Source: an uncultured Saprospiraceae bacterium (GTDB lineage Bacteria; Bacteroidota; Bacteroidia; Chitinophagales; Saprospiraceae). From it: a DNA stretch of 49,017 nt. Position numbers and translations under genes: made by a program. The notes beneath the pieces were generated by a model. That model was not told the DNA's origin and ran no database searches. It was given only the letters and a program-made list of their open reading frames with translations. The stretch spans positions 1 to 49,017 of the forward strand of contig CALFWI010000063.1 of the NCBI GenBank assembly GCA_937928615.1, in the 5' to 3' direction. Numbering within the stretch: the stretch's first letter is position 1; the number at the start of each line of letters is the position of its first letter. Below, one piece after another: positions 45,641-49,017 of this stretch.

Positions 45641-46339
45641 ATGAAAACAACTTGGCTAACAAATTTATTAGACCTCTTTTTCCCACATTTATGTCTCGCA
45701 TGTGGAGAAAATCAACTCCAAGGAAAGGCTATTCTATGTTTTTCTTGCCAACGAAAGTTGCCCGCAACCGAAATGCATACGATGCAAGAAAATCGTTTCA
45801 CCGACCGCTTCTTTGGTAGAATTTATTTACAAGCGGGGGCAGCTATGTATCATTTTAAGGAGGGGAATCAAATACAAGCATTAATCCATCAATTAAAGTA
45901 CAAAGGTAAATCTAGGGTGGGTGAAAAATTAGGAGAAGCTTATGGACAATTATTAACTAAAAGTCCCTTTTTCTCAACTATTGATGTTATCGTCCCTGTA
46001 CCACTTCATCCAACTAAAGAGCGAAAAAGGGGCTATAATCAAAGTGATTATTTTGCGATGGGTTTAGCCAAAACGATGCAGAAACCTTGGCTAAGAAAAG
46101 GCTTAATTAGAACTAAATATGGAGCAAGTCAAACTCAGAAAACTCGATTGGAACGTTATGAGAATGTGCTACAATCTTTTAAAGTTGGACAAACAACTGC
46201 ATTAAAAGGCAAACACATCTTATTGGTAGATGATGTCTTAACAACTGGGGCGACTTTAGAAGCCTGTGCGACTAAAATTTTAGCAGTCCCCAACACGAAA
46301 ATAAGTATAGTTACGATAGCTATTGCAGGAACGACTTAA
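45641..46339 (+). CDS. comF: ComF-family protein (phosphoribosyltransferase domain)
   Basis: 232-aa ORF. N-terminal Cys pairs (CLACG, CFSCQ) and a PRTase motif HILLVDDVLTTGATL. Confidence 0.8.
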   Translation: MKTTWLTNLLDLFFPHLCLACGENQLQGKAILCFSCQRKLPATEMHTMQENRFTDRFFGRIYLQAGAAMYHFKEGNQIQALIHQLKYKGKSRVGEKLGEAYGQLLTKSPFFSTIDVIVPVPLHPTKERKRGYNQSDYFAMGLAKTMQKPWLRKGLIRTKYGASQTQKTRLERYENVLQSFKVGQTTALKGKHILLVDDVLTTGATLEACATKILAVPNTKISIVTIAIAGTT

Positions 46340-46341
46340 TT

Positions 46342-46779
46342 TCACAACATTTTCCTTAAAACAATTCGATATTCCGCAATAGTTGCTTTAGGCTGAATCT
46401 CCATAATATCAAAGCCTCGACTTATGCCAAATAGCAGCATTGGTTTTAAACGGTTTCTTGTTTTAAAAGTAACATGTGGATACCCATTTTCTTTTGCCCA
46501 AATTTCTTGCCTTTCCGCTAATTTCCGAGCGAGTCCCAATCTACGGTAAGCTGGTAAAATAGCGCCCATCCAAGAATAAAAATAACCATCTCGTTCATAG
46601 CCTACTTTAAAGCCTGCTGGCGTTTCATCTACATAAGCGACCAAAACTATATGCGGTACCTGCTTCAGCCTTTGTTGATAAGTCGATAAACCATGAGGAT
46701 TATGGAATTCTGGTATCTTTTGAGAGATTTCAACAACCGTTTCTAATTTTCCTACAACTATTTTGATGGATGATGGCAT
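46342..46779 (-). CDS. GNAT-family N-acetyltransferase
   Basis: 145-aa ORF. Acetyl-CoA binding-type motif YRRLGLARKL, with the size and layout of a GNAT. Confidence 0.7.
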   Translation of the reverse strand: MPSSIKIVVGKLETVVEISQKIPEFHNPHGLSTYQQRLKQVPHIVLVAYVDETPAGFKVGYERDGYFYSWMGAILPAYRRLGLARKLAERQEIWAKENGYPHVTFKTRNRLKPMLLFGISRGFDIMEIQPKATIAEYRIVLRKML

Positions 46780-46946
46780 TTCATTTCTAAGTTAACCTGT
46801 GAATAAATAGGAATCCTGCTTATTTTTGTATTTTGTCAGCAATGCTCAATTGGTATCGGCGATTGAACATTACTGCTTTACATGATACTTCCATTCCAAT
46901 AATTTTGGAATTAAGTAACTACAATCAAATCATTAACTTTACCAAG

Positions 46947-46964
46947 TTCCGATAATTATCGGAA
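46947..46964. promoter_or_regulatory. 18-bp perfect palindrome TTCCGATAATTATCGGAA (candidate operator) at the trmB start
   Basis: Perfect dyad at 46947-46964. A related dyad TTCCAATAATTTTGGAA lies at 46894-46910 and also contains a TAATTTTG -7-like box at 46900-46907. Confidence 0.4.
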
Positions 46965-47674
46965 TGGTACTACAGCTAATAATGAGCAGAAGAAATAAAT
47001 TACAAAAATTTGCGGAAATTCTAACCTTTCCTAACGTTTATGAAAATTTGGATGCTTATCCACCTAGATTATCAGGTATAGATGGAAAAGAAATTCAAAT
47101 GAAAGGACAGTGGAAAGCAAAGCATTTCAAGAATGATTACCCAATCACGCTGGAATTAGCATGTGGAAGAGGCGAATATACCGTCGCCTTAGCTGAAAAA
47201 TATCCGAATCGAAATTTTATCGGTGTAGATATTAAAGGGGCTAGAATTTGGAAAGGCGCTAGAATCGCTTTGGAAAAAGAATTGGATAATGCCGCTTTTC
47301 TACGCACAAGAATAGAATTGATTACCGCTTTTTTTGAACAAGGCGAAGTAGATGAAATATGGATTACTTTTCCTGACCCATTTTTGAGAAAAGGAAAAAG
47401 CAATCGACGCTTAACCGCTCCTAAATTTTTAGACCATTATCGAAAAATCCTAAAACAGGATGGATTGATGCACTTAAAGACAGACGAAGGGATTTTGTCT
47501 GAATTTACCTTAGAAGTTTTAGAAGCAGATAAAGTCGCAAAAATTCTATACCAAGATACTGATATTTATGCAACACCTTTACCAATGGAAGAATTAGAAG
47601 TGAAAACTTATTATGAAAAGATGCACTTGGAAAAAGGAAAAACGATTAAATATATTCGATTTACGATTAATTAG
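46964..47674 (+). CDS. trmB: tRNA (guanine46-N7)-methyltransferase
   Basis: 236-aa ORF. A possible true start is the ATG at 46982 (MSRRNKL). SAM-MTase motif LELACGRGEYT, plus GVDIKG and FPDPF. Confidence 0.85.
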   Translation: MVLQLIMSRRNKLQKFAEILTFPNVYENLDAYPPRLSGIDGKEIQMKGQWKAKHFKNDYPITLELACGRGEYTVALAEKYPNRNFIGVDIKGARIWKGARIALEKELDNAAFLRTRIELITAFFEQGEVDEIWITFPDPFLRKGKSNRRLTAPKFLDHYRKILKQDGLMHLKTDEGILSEFTLEVLEADKVAKILYQDTDIYATPLPMEELEVKTYYEKMHLEKGKTIKYIRFTIN

Positions 47675-47675
47675 C

Positions 47676-47746
47676 CCTAGTTGCTAGTTACTGGTTGCTA
47701 GTTTTTTACCCAACCAGCAACTAGCAACTAGCAACTAGCAACTAGT
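47676..47746 (+). repeat. Heptamer-array hairpin element, AACTRGY family, copy 4
   Basis: Left arm CCTAGTT GCTAGTT ACTGGTT GCTAGTT (47676-47703), 8-nt loop, right arm AACCAGC AACTAGC AACTAGC AACTAGC AACTAGT (47712-47746). The 27-nt arms pair with 3 mismatches. The element begins 2 nt after the trmB stop and ends exactly at the ATG at 47747. Confidence 0.9.
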
Positions 47747-48856
47747 ATGAAAATCCTCCATTTCTCTTCGGCAAAAACATGGCGAGGAGGAGAACAGCAA
47801 ATTGCTTACCTCTATGATGAATTACACAAGCAACAAATTCAACAATGGATTTTTTGTGCTCAAGGAGGTGCATTAGCTAGGTATTGTCAACAAGAAGCTA
47901 TTCCTCATTTTACTTACCAAAAACGATTTTCTACCAATCCACTAGTCGCTTATCAATTCAAAAAATTAAGTAAGCAATTAAAAATTGACTTAGCGCATTT
48001 GCATGATTCGCATAGTCATACATTTGGGTATATCAGTGCTATCTTAGGTAATTCGATTCCCTTTGTCTTAAGTCGAAGAGTAGATTTTCCAGTTAAAGAC
48101 AATTGGTTGTCCTATCAAAAATATAACCACCCTTCCATCCAAAAAATTCTTTCTGTCTCGAATTATGTGCAACGAATTTTAGCGCCTGCTATTCAAGATC
48201 AATTAAAATTACAGGTTGTTCATAGCGGTATAGATACGACTCGATTTTCATACAATAAAAAAGGGATGCTTAGATGGGAATATAAAATACCGTCTAATGT
48301 GCGGATTATAGCTAATATAGCTGCTATAGCCGAACATAAAGACTATTTTACTTTCGTAGATACAGCGGCTATTTTACTAAAGAAAAATAATGGAACTGGG
48401 TACAAATTTTTAATTATTGGAGCAGATGGGGGAGAAGCCGAACAAATAAAACAATACATTCAAGCAAAAGGGCTCTCTAAGCAGATTATTTTAACTGGTT
48501 TTAGAAAAGATATTCCACAAATTTTGCCAGAAGTAGACGTTTTTTTATTCACTAGTAAAGAAGAAGGATTGGGTACTTCGGTTATTGATGCTTTGGCTTG
48601 TGGCGTTCCTGTCGTGGCTACCAAAGCAGGAGGTATACCAGAAATTATTCAAGATGGTGTCAATGGTCTTTTAGCACCTATTAAAAATCCCGCCCGATTG
48701 GCAGAAAAAGTCGAGCAGTTACTAATGAATCAAACGATTAGAAAAAAATTGGTAGAAAATGGTCAAGCAACTGTATTTCAATTTTCTAAAGCAGCAACAG
48801 CTAGAAAAACCCTTGCAGTGTATCAAGAAATTATCCAACAAGCTTCAATCCAATAA
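47747..48856 (+). CDS. Glycosyltransferase family 4 (GT-B, Glycos_transf_1)
   Basis: 369-aa ORF. C-terminal domain motif [30 protein letters not shown] (E-x7-E type). Confidence 0.8.
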   Translation: MKILHFSSAKTWRGGEQQIAYLYDELHKQQIQQWIFCAQGGALARYCQQEAIPHFTYQKRFSTNPLVAYQFKKLSKQLKIDLAHLHDSHSHTFGYISAILGNSIPFVLSRRVDFPVKDNWLSYQKYNHPSIQKILSVSNYVQRILAPAIQDQLKLQVVHSGIDTTRFSYNKKGMLRWEYKIPSNVRIIANIAAIAEHKDYFTFVDTAAILLKKNNGTGYKFLIIGADGGEAEQIKQYIQAKGLSKQIILTGFRKDIPQILPEVDVFLFTSKEEGLGTSVIDALACGVPVVATKAGGIPEIIQDGVNGLLAPIKNPARLAEKVEQLLMNQTIRKKLVENGQATVFQFSKAATARKTLAVYQEIIQQASIQ

Positions 48857-49017
48857 AAATGCAAAACAAGCAGACGATAATACTTAATCCAATATTTGCC
48901 AAAGCATACCCATAATTCCCTGCTTGTAATAGTTGAAAGGTTTCGCTAGAAAAAGTACTAAAAGTACTAAAACCACCACAAAATCCCGTCATCCACAATA
49001 ATTTATTCGTTGAACTC
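48831..49017 (-). CDS. crcB: Fluoride ion channel CrcB, C-terminal part (5' end lies outside the window)
   Basis: Not in the ORF track. Minus-strand translation from 49016 gives [61 protein letters not shown] with a stop at 48831-48833. GFCGGF[ST]TFSTFS is the CrcB signature. The 3' end overlaps the convergent GT4 gene by 26 nt. Confidence 0.75.
   Translation of the reverse strand, partial: SSTNKLLWMTGFCGGFSTFSTFSSETFQLLQAGNYGYALANIGLSIIVCLFCIFIGLKLVG

Noticed and set aside
1-49017. Scan for tRNA, rRNA, tmRNA, RNase P RNA, SRP RNA and common riboswitch cores
   Set aside because: In the spacers I found no T-loop/acceptor-type cloverleaf candidates. I also found no GAGGAAAGTCC-type RNase P core, no GGAAGCAGCC-type SRP motif and no riboswitch consensus I could recognise. 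Absence is by eye only, and an Infernal/tRNAscan run would be decisive.
1-49017. Whole window considered as a genomic island or mobile element
   Set aside because: There are no integrase, transposase, tRNA attachment site or phage genes. Composition looks uniform by eye, and core genes (recA, lysS, gpsA, trmB) are interspersed throughout.

Overview
This is an AT-rich chromosomal segment that looks like Bacteroidota. The evidence is a TonB-dependent receptor with a carboxypeptidase-regulatory-like N-terminus, a 7TMR-DISM hybrid kinase with AraC output, a GH3-family protein, many lipoprotein-type signal peptides, a T9SS-CTD-like tail and TAnnTTTG-type -7 boxes. I call 31 complete CDSs plus one partial CDS, crcB at the right edge, which is not in the ORF track. 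The content falls into four groups. (1) Housekeeping genes: recA, lysS, gpsA, trmB, mgsA, a MeaB/ArgK GTPase, comF and crcB. (2) Secreted peptide and glycopeptide degrading enzymes: an M16 pair, glycosylasparaginase, an M19 dipeptidase, DPP-IV and HtrA. (3) Envelope and polysaccharide genes. (4) Signalling proteins: two orphan sensor kinases and a 1347-aa tandem-cyclase/STAND-ATPase/TPR protein. I saw no rRNA, tRNA, CRISPR array, transposase, integrase or recognisable phage or defence cassette, so I do not claim a multi-gene novel system. The most unusual signal is non-coding: intergenic spacers hold hairpin elements whose arms are inverted arrays of tandem heptamers. The word families are AACTRGY (four highly regular ~65-70 bp copies), TTCATCR (three loci, one split by a 20-nt insertion) and TTAGTNN (one locus), plus an 8-nt variant. 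There are also three unrelated ~130-160 nt nested long hairpins. On the protein side, the notable items are the complementary-degenerate tandem cyclase domains, a ~70-aa HhH-like insertion in LysRS and a HEAT-cyclophilin fusion. All functional calls come from reading motifs by eye. No database search was possible.
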